Shown in pieces: positions 8,401 to 18,283 of a stretch of 61,462 bases of DNA. Numbering within the stretch: position 1 is the stretch's first letter; each line of letters starts with the position of its first letter. A program made the translations under genes and the position numbers. The stretch is from a virus (taxonomy: Duplodnaviria; Caudoviricetes): the IMG/VR virus record IMGVR_UViG_3300017774_002380, positions 1 through 61,462 of that record, one strand, 5' to 3'. A model generated the notes under the pieces. That model ran no database searches. It was not told the DNA's origin and saw nothing but the letters and a program-made list of their open reading frames with translations.

Positions 8401-9609
8401 TTAGAGGCCAGTGGTGCTGGTCGAGCAGGGAAGCGGCAGTCCGTCAAACGGGCAGCGCTTGTACACGATAGCACAGACGTTCTGCGGACGAACGGGCTGA
8501 ATTGCACGGCTGATTTGGTAGATGTGCTGACCAAAATCGCCATACAGGTTACAGTCGTTGTCGCGGAAGTAAGTCCATTCCAGTTCACCCATCGCGAGTT
8601 GCGGGGCAAACTTGAAGGTTCCTTCGCCAGTGTAGCTCTCAGGGACGAGGCGCTTGAACGCATCGCCAGCAACGACGAACATGACTTCGTACGGAGCGTT
8701 AACCCAAGCCGGGTTACGGCGCTGAGCAAATCCGTTGGTCACGGCGCTGCTGATGATCGGGTTGACAAGCACAAGGTTACCGCTGCCGTCGAATCCAGTG
8801 GCGCGGAGAGGCTGTTGGTCGATACCAAAAGCGAACCCACGGTAGCCCATGAATTGATAGCCAGAGATGCTCTCCTCGCCCAAGCGGAAGGAGCCAGTAG
8901 TCAGACCGATCAGGTCTTCCTTGACATCAGCGTCATTGCGGAAGTTTTCGATCTGGTCAGCGGACGCCATCACTTGGAAGAACTCTCCATCGCGGGTAGC
9001 AAAAGGCTCAGCAAGCATCTCCTCGCGGAGGAATGTGCCGATCTTGTACAGCGACTTGAAGTTCATCGGGCCATCAGGAAGAGCAGGAGCAAATTGGGTG
9101 TTAATCTGCTGCATATCTCCCGTGAGGTTCTGCGTGAAGGTTCGGGTGCTATTAACGGTGAATTTGATACCAGACTGAATCAGGTACTGATAGCGGATAT
9201 CGGCATTGATGATCTGCAGGATGGTCTTCTCAAGGGAGACTTGGGCCTGCAAATAACTGCCTTTGAACGCAGTACGAGCCTGTTTCACGCAGACACGAGG
9301 GCCAGCGCCACGAAGGGTCTGAAGCTGGAATTGATATTCCGTGCTTCCGACTTGATCGGGGGTAGCACCAACGCCGCAAAGCGTAGTGTCATTCACGAAG
9401 GTTGGTGCAGCCAAAGAGGATGCAGGAACAGCCATTTCTTCGACAACGGAACGCACCACGTCAGAGACGTTAGGTAGCGTTCCACCATCGATTGAGTTAA
9501 TATAGGGAGATTTGCGCGCAAGAACGCGACCAATCTGCCCAATGATACGATTTACGTCCTTAGAAGCGAAATTTTGAATTGTCGCTGTAGGGATACATTC
9601 ATTAGCCAT
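8401..9609 (-). CDS. Major capsid protein
   Basis: 402 aa, downstream of portal and scaffold, strongly biased codons, and flanked by a structured leader and hairpin. Confidence 0.8.
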   Translation of the reverse strand: MANECIPTATIQNFASKDVNRIIGQIGRVLARKSPYINSIDGGTLPNVSDVVRSVVEEMAVPASSLAAPTFVNDTTLCGVGATPDQVGSTEYQFQLQTLRGAGPRVCVKQARTAFKGSYLQAQVSLEKTILQIINADIRYQYLIQSGIKFTVNSTRTFTQNLTGDMQQINTQFAPALPDGPMNFKSLYKIGTFLREEMLAEPFATRDGEFFQVMASADQIENFRNDADVKEDLIGLTTGSFRLGEESISGYQFMGYRGFAFGIDQQPLRATGFDGSGNLVLVNPIISSAVTNGFAQRRNPAWVNAPYEVMFVVAGDAFKRLVPESYTGEGTFKFAPQLAMGELEWTYFRDNDCNLYGDFGQHIYQISRAIQPVRPQNVCAIVYKRCPFDGLPLPCSTSTTGL

Positions 9610-9856
9610 AGTTTTAGGATTTTTTAGGTTTTAAGGTTTTTGCCCCTAATCCCGTCCCAAAACTCTTCGGGGCGACATTAGAAGCGGTCAAATTCCTACG
9701 GGTGCAGGAAAAATACTTTCTCTAGTCGCACCCGGCACGTTGGTGCTTTGTTTTCGGCCTGTCTTGCAACGCTGATGACCGTTGCTGGTCGCTGCTATAA
9801 CGGAAGCAGTATTCCGATCTGTCGCTACAACTAGGGATTATCTCGGCTTTTGTCAA
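9610..9856 (-). promoter_or_regulatory. Candidate promoter (-35 TTGACA at 9856-9851) plus a ~220-nt structured leader of the capsid gene
   Basis: Largest non-coding gap in the late region, with several complementary segments. The -10 box is poor (TAGTTG). Confidence 0.55.
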
Positions 9857-10571
9857 GCGTCTTTTTTATAAGAAAATCAATGGGGGCAAAATCCCCGTCG
9901 ATTGAGTAATGGGTGTCTTTATACGGCACAATAGAATCGGGAATATCAGGAGAAGTTTCTTGAACGGCAGGATGGTTCAGCGATGCAGTTATCCAGAACG
10001 GAGAAGATTGGTTTCCAATGAAAATGGCACTGCCTTCGATTAATTTTGCCAAGTCTAGAAGGTTATCCACCCACAGTGAGGCAACATGGCCGAATCGATC
10101 AATAAAATCCCCTCGCTCATCGTAGAGGCCCACAAATATGATGTCCTCTCGGTATTTCTCTACAATCTTGTGCCAAGGGAACTTGTCGTTTCTGTATTTG
10201 TGTGATCTACAGCAGATTATTTTACCATTTGTCCGCTTGTCTTCTTCAACGTCAATCCATCGATAGATGCTCGGCATCTCAATACCAAGAGTGCGCGACT
10301 GCATTTCAATAATTCCGCACTGCCCCCAATACTTTCTGAACACAGACACGTCATGGTCAATATCTGTCGGATGCATCTCATAACTGTGAGAATTTACATA
10401 TGGAATGGTGTCCAGAAGAGGCTTCAAACAGTCATATTTGAAACCCTGCATCCAGAATCCAGCCTGCCGATCAAAGTCTGTAATGACCAGATCCCCGCCG
10501 CCAAGCGCTCTAAGAGACGGTAAAAAAGCTATAATGTCTCCGATATTTCCTGAATGGAGAAATCTGCTCAT
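9831..10571 (-). CDS. Glycosyltransferase, GT-B / GT9 (heptosyltransferase)-like
   Basis: HSGNIGDII at the N-terminus and NLLDLAKLIEGSAIFIGNQSSP in the C-terminal half. Confidence 0.75.
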   Translation of the reverse strand: MSRFLHSGNIGDIIAFLPSLRALGGGDLVITDFDRQAGFWMQGFKYDCLKPLLDTIPYVNSHSYEMHPTDIDHDVSVFRKYWGQCGIIEMQSRTLGIEMPSIYRWIDVEEDKRTNGKIICCRSHKYRNDKFPWHKIVEKYREDIIFVGLYDERGDFIDRFGHVASLWVDNLLDLAKLIEGSAIFIGNQSSPFWITASLNHPAVQETSPDIPDSIVPYKDTHYSIDGDFAPIDFLIKKTLDKSRDNP

Positions 10572-10584
10572 ATTTGTTCATGGT

Positions 10585-11169
10585 CTATTTCAGAAACTCT
10601 ATCATTTCTGAAGATTTTGACCGTTCCGTTGTCTTTTTTGCATGGAATACAAGAGGCAGAATTTCATCTAGTGAAGATGGCAGGCTCAAAACGTCTGCTT
10701 CGTTCCTAGCCAATCCGTTTTCCTCTAGAGGTTCAGCAATGAATTTTGCCAGCGCTGCAGAACAGTGCTGCTGCGTTGCAAAAAACAAATATGCAGGCTC
10801 TTTAGCTACGCAAAGCAAGGTTCCCGCGCTTTCTTTGCTTTCTGCTTCTGATGCCGCAAACCTGACATTTACAACATCGTAATCTGACATCCATCCGCCG
10901 CCTGCAGCGTGAAGCGCACACCACCTTCGGTATCTTGCAGCGACTTTGGAGTAATCGTCTCCAGTATTAGCCCCAAGAATATTTGCCAACTCGACCAATT
11001 TCTTAGTCAGCTTGAAGTAAAAGTTGCTGTTTTTCGCATGAGAAGTGTTCAGCATCACAGGTTCCCATCCCTGTTGTATCCATGAAGACTTCCAAGCGTT
11101 TGCACAGGCAAACTGCTCTTCTTGGGGAAGCGCCTGCAATGACTCGTAGTAGCCGTAGATTTTTTTCAT
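10585..11169 (-). CDS. Glycosyltransferase-like protein (DxD, GT32-like)
   Basis: WKSSW...GWEP and RWCALHAAGGGWMSDYDV resemble the R...L...GG.Y.D.D signature. Confidence 0.6.
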   Translation of the reverse strand: MKKIYGYYESLQALPQEEQFACANAWKSSWIQQGWEPVMLNTSHAKNSNFYFKLTKKLVELANILGANTGDDYSKVAARYRRWCALHAAGGGWMSDYDVVNVRFAASEAESKESAGTLLCVAKEPAYLFFATQQHCSAALAKFIAEPLEENGLARNEADVLSLPSSLDEILPLVFHAKKTTERSKSSEMIEFLK

Positions 11170-12287
11170 CCGTAGATCTTATAGCCAACGTGATAAACGG
11201 GTAGGCCAAGGTCGATATGCGCTTGCTCCCCCGCTTCTTTCGCTCTTAGACAGAATGAGACATCTTCTCCCCGCTCCGCATCGAACTCCCTGAAATAATC
11301 GTAGTCATAATCAGGGGTTTTGACCTTCAAAGAGTCGCCAAACTTCTCGCGGATGGCGGAGAATACTTTCCTGTGGATTAAAAGACATCCAGTGGCAACC
11401 CAATCGACAGCAACAACGGCATCTTCGCTGTTTTGAACGCGAGGAGCCAAACTTGTGTCAGAACACATCAAAAGCCCGTTCTCCTGACGCCCGAAATAAG
11501 CGCCCCCCACAAGACTTTTGCCTGTTCCGATCAGCCTGTGTAAAACGTGCCGCTGGAGGGCCACTTCTGGCTTATTGCGGGACGGAGGAACCCAATATGT
11601 CATCCAATTCGGCCTGCCAATGCACGGGACGATATCATCATCGATCATCAGCAAATACTTGGCATCGGATTCCAAGAATTTTGCCGCCATTCGGTTCCTT
11701 GAGTGTCCGATTTTGGCGTCACCAAGGCACATTTCAAAACGCAACTTGTCTTTGCCAAAATCAAGCGCCATAGCCATGCAAGCCTGCATCGTGAGTCCGT
11801 TATGCGGCCCCTTGTAAAAGCAGCATCCAAGCATAATATCGCGTCCGACAAACTCACACCGATAAGACGGCGCTCCTTCTGCTGAGCGTGACTCTATGAT
11901 AGGGTTTGCAGGCGCAGGCTCGGCCTTAGGCTCTGGAAGAATATCAATCTCCGCCAGTGCCTTGGCTTTTTTGGGTTTTTCTGGCTGTTGAGCCTTTGTG
12001 CTTTGTTTGATTTGAACCTGTCTCACTGGCACTGCTGCAGGCGTTTCTTCAATGGGTGCTGAAACAGGCTCATCAAAGCGCGAAACATCACGATTTGACG
12101 GAGGGGTTTCTGGTTGTTTTAGCGGAACGGATGATTGCCCGGGCCGCGCAAATGGATCGAAGGAATCCAAAGCATTTAGAGTGACTTGCGTATCAGGGTC
12201 TATGCGTATTTTAGACATAATTTTATCTATTTTATTCTGAAGGAACGCTTTCGCGTCCCTAAATTTATTTATGCTTATACCGATCAT
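11166..12287 (-). CDS. GT-A glycosyltransferase with a low-complexity N-terminal extension
   Basis: SRNRMAAKFL, LLMIDDD, ATGCLLIHRKVF and GEDVSFC motifs. Alternative start at 12218. Confidence 0.8.
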   Translation of the reverse strand: MIGISINKFRDAKAFLQNKIDKIMSKIRIDPDTQVTLNALDSFDPFARPGQSSVPLKQPETPPSNRDVSRFDEPVSAPIEETPAAVPVRQVQIKQSTKAQQPEKPKKAKALAEIDILPEPKAEPAPANPIIESRSAEGAPSYRCEFVGRDIMLGCCFYKGPHNGLTMQACMAMALDFGKDKLRFEMCLGDAKIGHSRNRMAAKFLESDAKYLLMIDDDIVPCIGRPNWMTYWVPPSRNKPEVALQRHVLHRLIGTGKSLVGGAYFGRQENGLLMCSDTSLAPRVQNSEDAVVAVDWVATGCLLIHRKVFSAIREKFGDSLKVKTPDYDYDYFREFDAERGEDVSFCLRAKEAGEQAHIDLGLPVYHVGYKIYG

Positions 12288-13555
12288 GCTCCAGCCTCTT
12301 CAAGACCAAGGTCAATAGCATCACTTGCCGACATTTTTATCCTATCGTTCAGGCTGCTTCCCTTGCTTGCGTTAGATCCTGTTACTGTGCTTTTTGGCAT
12401 ACGTGATGCGCCTTTGATTTTGCTGTTTTCGTCGTTTATGCGCTTCAACTGTGCTTCAAGTTTTTGCCTTGTTTGTTGTTCGGCCTGCAATTGTTCGACA
12501 AGGACGTGAGAAAATACCGCTGCAGCAGCGACTTCTGCCCTTTCCTGAGATGTTGTAGGCCACAGCGCAGATTCAAACTTACCAGCTAAGTCTGTTACTT
12601 TTGCGTTGTGTTTTTCAATAGCCGCTCTCTCTTCAGGCGTTGCGTTGGGATTCGGCTCGTAGAACCTTGCCCAAGGAATTTCTTTAGTGACGCCATCAAT
12701 GTGCTGGTAAATCTGCTGTCTTTCGTTTTCGTACCAATTAAGATTGGCCTGACCACGCTTCACCATGAAATCTTCAACATTGTTCGCGGCAGTTTCGATT
12801 TCCGTCTGTTGAGCAGTCTTGAGCTTATTGATCTCTTTAAGACCATCCTTGAGCATTTCCGCATCAAGCATCGGAAGTCTATCGATAGCGTTGGATTTCC
12901 ACCAATTCTGGTCGATTTTGTCTGGCCCCCCCGCTTTCTCAATCGATGCGATGACATCTTCTGAGGCTCCATGTTTACGCAACAGCCCGTAAACAGACTC
13001 TTTGGCGCTGGAGATCGGCTTTTCGTAGCGAGCCTGAAACTCTGAGTCATTTTTCAAGTCAAAGATCTGCCTGAATTTTTTCAGATCTTCATAGTCAGAG
13101 GGAATCTGTTGCTGCTGTTGTCCCGATTCCATCTGCTGAACCCGTTGGCGCAATGCTTCGGCCTCTTGCGCCTGACGCTTGTAAACAGATGCTGTCTCTT
13201 GGAGCTTCTTCCAGTTGTTCCTATTGGCTTCAGAAAGATTTCTAGGCTGCTCAATCGACGCGATTTCTGGATCGATGTCAGTAGCTTGAGGCTCTTGAGG
13301 AGTAGCCTGAGGCGTTGAGGGTTGCTGTTCTAAAGCGGCTTTAACCTCTGAGGCGCTAACTGGCTCTGGTTCGGCTTCAGGCTCTCCGCCCGTTTCTTGA
13401 ATAGCCTCGTCCAGCAGCGAATCAATCGCCGCATCGGTATCGTCACCAATTTTGTCAGCATCCAGAGAAGGATTTCCAAATCCTGATGCCGCTGTTGGTT
13501 CTGGAACAATATTGTCTTGTTCTTGTGTGGGTTGTGTATCGATGTCTGTTGTCAT
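12284..13555 (-). CDS. Capsid scaffolding protein (putative)
   Basis: 423 aa with an acidic disordered N-terminus and coiled coils, located between portal and capsid. Confidence 0.65.
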   Translation of the reverse strand: MTTDIDTQPTQEQDNIVPEPTAASGFGNPSLDADKIGDDTDAAIDSLLDEAIQETGGEPEAEPEPVSASEVKAALEQQPSTPQATPQEPQATDIDPEIASIEQPRNLSEANRNNWKKLQETASVYKRQAQEAEALRQRVQQMESGQQQQQIPSDYEDLKKFRQIFDLKNDSEFQARYEKPISSAKESVYGLLRKHGASEDVIASIEKAGGPDKIDQNWWKSNAIDRLPMLDAEMLKDGLKEINKLKTAQQTEIETAANNVEDFMVKRGQANLNWYENERQQIYQHIDGVTKEIPWARFYEPNPNATPEERAAIEKHNAKVTDLAGKFESALWPTTSQERAEVAAAAVFSHVLVEQLQAEQQTRQKLEAQLKRINDENSKIKGASRMPKSTVTGSNASKGSSLNDRIKMSASDAIDLGLEEAGA

Positions 13556-13560
13556 AGAGT

Positions 13561-13854
13561 TTATTTATTTTGTATAGTCCCGTCTGGACGAATTTTGCCA
13601 TGATGTTGCTTGGCCCAAGCATCAGCTTGTTTGACAGTATTGAAAGAAGGGTATTTTTTTATGCCATACTGCATTGCTGTATCTACAGCTTGCTTTGGAG
13701 AAAGTTTTTTTCCTTCTACCATCGTTGGAATGACATATTGCTTATCATTTATTCCAAATGTTCCAAGCAATACATTACTTTGTCCACCATCCTTGTTTTT
13801 TACATAAGGATGCTTTGTCGGAAATTGTCTATATTGTGCTGTGGCTCCACCCAT
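13561..13854 (-). CDS. Hypothetical protein
   Basis: 97 aa, TAATATG coupling to the upstream gene. Confidence 0.7.
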   Translation of the reverse strand: MGGATAQYRQFPTKHPYVKNKDGGQSNVLLGTFGINDKQYVIPTMVEGKKLSPKQAVDTAMQYGIKKYPSFNTVKQADAWAKQHHGKIRPDGTIQNK

Positions 13855-13855
13855 A

Positions 13856-14113
13856 TTATTTGTTTTTCATGGATTTTGCTCCACGGCATTTCCATTTTTT
13901 CCTAGAAAGACTATTGGGCGAATTCGGATCATTTTTCCAATCGCCTTTGATTTTTAGAGAACGAGCACAATATGCATCCCCTTTCTTTGTGCCGGGACGG
14001 ATACGGTCTTTCCCGTCTTTGGCCTTTCCAGCCTGACCGTATTTCACGGTGCGGGTTCTTCCTGTGGCCTTATTGGTCACAATCTTCGTAAAACGCTTTT
14101 TGATCGTCGCCAT
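13856..14113 (-). CDS. Small basic phage protein
   Basis: 85 aa from MATIKK. RPGTKKGDAYCARS...SRKKWKC pattern typical of small basic phage proteins. Confidence 0.75.
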   Translation of the reverse strand: MATIKKRFTKIVTNKATGRTRTVKYGQAGKAKDGKDRIRPGTKKGDAYCARSLKIKGDWKNDPNSPNSLSRKKWKCRGAKSMKNK

Positions 14114-14123
14114 AGTCTGCTTG

Positions 14124-14363
14124 TTACATCTCAATAAATTTACCGCTCGACGGATCAAGATTTTGATCAGGGTCTGACAGCATTTCTTGCACGTCTTTGA
14201 CCGCTTTTTCGTAGCCTTCTTTGTATTTGGCCTCTAGCGCCACAGTCTCAATGGTTTTCCCATTGCAGAGAGGAATACGCGACTGAAGGACTTGCAGCAG
14301 CTTACCTCCAGAGCGTTTGTGATAGTCGCGCAACAGCGCAATGTCGGATTCTTCCCAATTCAT
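14124..14363 (-). CDS. Hypothetical protein (portal-adjacent)
   Basis: 79 aa, ATGA overlap. Confidence 0.7.
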   Translation of the reverse strand: MNWEESDIALLRDYHKRSGGKLLQVLQSRIPLCNGKTIETVALEAKYKEGYEKAVKDVQEMLSDPDQNLDPSSGKFIEM

Positions 14364-14971
14364 TGTATGTATTGTTTTAGTATTTCGATACGGGCTTCGT
14401 TTTCAAGGCTAGGCAAGTGCAGCGCAAAATCTCCTTTTTGCCAGTGTGCTGAATTGCTTCTCGGATATTCATAAGCATCTGGATGGTATGAATTCAGTTC
14501 ACGCTGCGGAACGTAATGGACAATACCAGCATACGGGTAAACAGATGCAAAATGCTGTATTGCTTGTTGCTCTCCATTGGGCCTATCCCCGAAAAGCGTT
14601 TTGCCATGCGTTTTGCAAGCGTAGAAGAATGCTTTTGACCAATCCGTGTTTCGGATCAGCATTACTCCCGCATTCAGTCCGTTTATGTCCGCTGTCAGAA
14701 ACACGTCTGCAGCAGGATTTTCCTCCAGAATCCAAGTTATTGGCTTTGGATTTGTTATTAGAACGTCTGCGTCCAGCCACAGGACTACGCTGTGCTTTTG
14801 GCTTAGATGTTCGCTTATTAGGTTCAGTTTTTCCCATAAACAGTTTTCTTGATCGACAATCTTGGCTTCATGGTTCCATCCGTAGGCTTCTGCAAAGTTG
14901 ACATGGCTAGGTATGGTCAAATCGGCCACAGCCTGAATATTTTCAGAATACAGGCTGATGATGGACTTCAT
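14360..14971 (-). CDS. Glycosyltransferase, GT34 (galactosyl transferase GMA12/MNN10)-like
   Basis: WEK, LWLDADVLITN, GLNAGVMLIRNTDWS, EQQA and WQKGDFALH motifs. Confidence 0.85.
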   Translation of the reverse strand: MKSIISLYSENIQAVADLTIPSHVNFAEAYGWNHEAKIVDQENCLWEKLNLISEHLSQKHSVVLWLDADVLITNPKPITWILEENPAADVFLTADINGLNAGVMLIRNTDWSKAFFYACKTHGKTLFGDRPNGEQQAIQHFASVYPYAGIVHYVPQRELNSYHPDAYEYPRSNSAHWQKGDFALHLPSLENEARIEILKQYIQ

Positions 14972-15255
14972 TTTTTCATTCCCTTGGACAGAACAGCGCG
15001 ATCAGCTTTTTCTTGCCTGACATCGCGGAAGTTGGGCTTTCCTTCACTCATTTGCTTGCGCGACTTTTTAAGGTTCGGAAGAGATTCATTGAATGCTTTT
15101 TCAAAATCGGCTTCGTAGTCAATCTTTTCAATGGGTTCCATCTTCTTCATTTTGGGCATAGCCATGATTTTCTGTTTTTTCATCAGCATATATCCTCCCT
15201 TGCCCGTACGCTTTGAAGGGGGCGCTCCTTTAGATGCTCTCATTTCATTTTTCAT
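14968..15255 (-). CDS. Small basic Lys/Met-rich hypothetical protein
   Basis: 95 aa from MKNEMR. Confidence 0.6.
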   Translation of the reverse strand: MKNEMRASKGAPPSKRTGKGGYMLMKKQKIMAMPKMKKMEPIEKIDYEADFEKAFNESLPNLKKSRKQMSEGKPNFRDVRQEKADRAVLSKGMKK

Positions 15256-15259
15256 ATAA

Positions 15260-17683
15260 TTATCCTGCTGTTGGTGGTTTCGGAGGGGTAGCAACTTCGT
15301 TTACCGCACTCCATTGTGACGGCATATCTTCAGAAGCCAGTTTCCCAACTTCTTTGACTTGTGCCGACGAAACTCGTCTCGGTGCAGGCGCTTGCCCTGT
15401 CGCTGCGGCGGCTGCTGGCTGCAACTCTGGCGGCGGAGGTACTGCCATACCCTTGGTAAGGTGATCAAACGCCTGTTTGACTGCTTGCTTCATCTGCGAA
15501 ATAAGCTGCGGGTTGGCTTGCTTGATTTCGGCCTGCTGCAAGTGCGTTGTGAAGTGCTTTAGAGCGCTCATAAACGGCGCAACCATCTCAGGCGGCAAGC
15601 TGCCGGGGGGCGCTTGCGCGATAACGGGGAAAAGTTTCTCCGCCATTGTAGTCAAGTGGATCACATCGTTGTCGCGAGGCGAAACCCCTACTTCCTGACC
15701 AGCAATCAGGCTTTGTAGCTCAATAACTTGCTGTCTAGTCGCCTCAATCGCCAACGCCTCGACCTGATCTTTCGGAAGAATGACGGAATTGGCGATAGAT
15801 TCGCCAACCTTGCGGCTCCAATCCAGCTTGATCAGTTCATCCTGATTAATTGCGGGATTGCCCATGTAGCGCTGGATCAAAAGATCCAAAATCGCCTCTT
15901 CTTGGGCCAGCGTGTCAGGCAAAAGTTCCTCTGCGGACGAGTGAGCCATGAGCAAAATATCGCTAGGCGGCAAATTGCGCTCCATCATTGACAAACAGCA
16001 TGAAATTGCCTCTTCGTCCAAGTGTTCAGGCACTTCATAAGGCACAAGGAAAGACGGAAGTTCCATCGTTGACTTCTCAAAGGCGGAAACAACTTCTTTG
16101 GTGGCCCAAACGGCATTCGGAGACTGCATTCGGGCCATGTCTAGCGCCGTTTTTAGCTCGGATGCGGCCTTTACGTGCTCAGGATGACAAATTCCGCGCT
16201 GCATACGTGCCACAGCCTTGGAATATTGCTTCACCCAACGCATCAGGATGCCCTCGCGGATCTGTCCTTCGATTGCGGCGATGCGGTTGACCTCGCTTGC
16301 GGTCTTTGGTGTGGAGCTTCGGCCCATTGCCTCGCCCGGGAGGAAAGCGCCGATCTGAATTTCGGCCAATCCTGAGACAAACTGGTCAAGTCTGATGAAA
16401 TCTTCGACATCAGACGGCAAATTTTGCGCCACAACATCGTATCCTTCGGCCACATAGGCGATAGGATGCATGACTGTAAGCGGAGGAACGCCTGCTTTTG
16501 CGTTCGGCCCCTTCTTCAACAGCAAAAGACCACGCAAATACGTGTTGTCCACCACCAAGTTGCGAGCCTTATCGATAGCAATGTGCGTGTTATAGAGATC
16601 TCGCCCCGCTCCACGGGATGACATCAGCGAACCTGAGCCAATTTCGATAGCAAACAATGCAATAGCATCGCTCATGCGATTGTATCGATCCAACTGCGTA
16701 CAAATTTCATCCCCTGACCTGTCGCTCATCAGGTATCTGGAGATTTTTCCAGTAGGCTCTTTGACCAGAACCTCGCCTAGCTCTACATACTTCGCATCAT
16801 TTTCAAAAGCAGCGCCGTACGAACCCTCGCGAATCCAATCTTCATAGCGCCGTGCGTCATCATCCGTATCAAGCGACCTTCCAATCGGCGTTGCGTTATT
16901 GATTGCCTCGACAAGATTGTCGATATGCCAGCCAGCCAGCGCTGAAAGTTCAGGATCTTCCAAGAGCGGCAGCAACTCCGACACTTGGTAACGGCGCTTC
17001 CTTGCCCAAATAGGAATACCATCTGCTTCCTGCGGGGTTTCTATGCTGAAAAACGTGAAATCTTGGCGCAAGAACTCAGGCTTCCAATCGCGCAAGTCAT
17101 CCCAACACATCGCTGTAAATCCAAAAGTGGTATTCTCATGGACAACCTGAGCGATAAGATCGTCATGGCCCCGCCATGCGCGAATACATTTTGTGATCTC
17201 TTCACGGAAAATCTTGGTCTTCTGCTCCGAATCAACGCCTTCTTTCGGATACTTTGTATAGGTAAGCGTAGGCGTTTGCTCAATGACCTGACGGAACGGC
17301 GGTTGAATGCGCGATACCATCGTAGAAAGAAATCCTGTAGGACGATTGCTTCTCCAGCTTTGTCCCATGCTTTCCAGCTTCTTTTGCTGATACGGCGGCT
17401 CATTGTTGAGCTTCTTCTGAATCAATTGGTTCTTGCGGTTACGCTCAGCATTTTGCTGCTTTAGTCTCCTGTAAGCAGCGTGAGCTTGCTGAGTATCGCG
17501 GAAAACCCTGCGAACCTTCAGGTTCTTCGGATTAACGATGTCGCTGGACGAACTTGGGCCAGCTTCAGTAATCTGCAGTCCAAGAATTTTTGGCTTGTCT
17601 GTCGCGTCAGTAATACGTGCTGCTTCGTTTGCATACGTGTCGGTAATCTCTGGCGGCAGAGGCTTAGATGTTTTAGTTGCCAT
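15260..17683 (-). CDS. Portal protein
   Basis: ~807 aa, helical, KTASEV motif typical of podoviral portals, between terL and scaffold. Confidence 0.8.
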   Translation of the reverse strand: MATKTSKPLPPEITDTYANEAARITDATDKPKILGLQITEAGPSSSSDIVNPKNLKVRRVFRDTQQAHAAYRRLKQQNAERNRKNQLIQKKLNNEPPYQQKKLESMGQSWRSNRPTGFLSTMVSRIQPPFRQVIEQTPTLTYTKYPKEGVDSEQKTKIFREEITKCIRAWRGHDDLIAQVVHENTTFGFTAMCWDDLRDWKPEFLRQDFTFFSIETPQEADGIPIWARKRRYQVSELLPLLEDPELSALAGWHIDNLVEAINNATPIGRSLDTDDDARRYEDWIREGSYGAAFENDAKYVELGEVLVKEPTGKISRYLMSDRSGDEICTQLDRYNRMSDAIALFAIEIGSGSLMSSRGAGRDLYNTHIAIDKARNLVVDNTYLRGLLLLKKGPNAKAGVPPLTVMHPIAYVAEGYDVVAQNLPSDVEDFIRLDQFVSGLAEIQIGAFLPGEAMGRSSTPKTASEVNRIAAIEGQIREGILMRWVKQYSKAVARMQRGICHPEHVKAASELKTALDMARMQSPNAVWATKEVVSAFEKSTMELPSFLVPYEVPEHLDEEAISCCLSMMERNLPPSDILLMAHSSAEELLPDTLAQEEAILDLLIQRYMGNPAINQDELIKLDWSRKVGESIANSVILPKDQVEALAIEATRQQVIELQSLIAGQEVGVSPRDNDVIHLTTMAEKLFPVIAQAPPGSLPPEMVAPFMSALKHFTTHLQQAEIKQANPQLISQMKQAVKQAFDHLTKGMAVPPPPELQPAAAAATGQAPAPRRVSSAQVKEVGKLASEDMPSQWSAVNEVATPPKPPTAG

Positions 17684-17685
17684 AT

Positions 17686-18267
17686 TTAGTATTCGTTCAG
17701 CCAACAATGCGGATGCAAGTCTGGTGGCGCTGTGAAGTGACTCTTATCGAAAAATATTGCAGTTCTATTGTCATGCCTTAACTGCCTACATCCTCCAAGA
17801 GTTTTGCTTGTTCTAGTATCACGGGCTTGTCTTAGGCCAGCCGAAAGTCTATCTGCGGCAATAATACACGATGTGCATCCTGACTTCCATGCCGCATTGT
17901 TCGGGCAAGCCTTGCAAATCTTGGCGCGTTGTTCAGCCAAATCATCCGAAACAAGCATATGCTGATTCCGTGACCCCGCCAGATTTCGCGCCCATGTTGT
18001 AATATCCTGAAGAAGTTCTGAAGATCGTGACTGAATGCTGACGCTTGTAATCGCAACCATATCGACGCCATGACAATGCGTGGGGTAATTGCTGCAAAGA
18101 AACGAGTTTACATCGCCTTCGACATCTCCAAGGGGCAAATGGTTTTCTGCCCTATAATTCGTCACTGTCTCGTAAAGTTGATCCAGCGTAATGGCGTCGA
18201 GCTTGACATCACTTTCGTAGTAATGCCAGCCGCCCGGTGGCGTGAATCCCCATATTGGTTTAGCCAT
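17686..18267 (-). CDS. Cys-rich hypothetical protein
   Basis: 193 aa from MAKPIWG. RAKICKACPNN, CTSC, GGC and HCW. Confidence 0.75.
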   Translation of the reverse strand: MAKPIWGFTPPGGWHYYESDVKLDAITLDQLYETVTNYRAENHLPLGDVEGDVNSFLCSNYPTHCHGVDMVAITSVSIQSRSSELLQDITTWARNLAGSRNQHMLVSDDLAEQRAKICKACPNNAAWKSGCTSCIIAADRLSAGLRQARDTRTSKTLGGCRQLRHDNRTAIFFDKSHFTAPPDLHPHCWLNEY

Positions 18268-18283
18268 AGAATTAAACAGGGAT

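Noticed and set aside
8300-8403. Capsid readthrough or frameshift into the fibre gene, stimulated by the hairpin
   Set aside because: Readthrough hits TGA after 19 codons, and the fibre frame has a stop at 8385-8387, so no fusion is possible.
8365-9477. 370-aa plus-strand ORF opposite the capsid gene
   Set aside because: In codon register with a strongly biased gene and with no recognisable motifs. Most likely an antisense shadow ORF, as are the other plus-strand ORFs.
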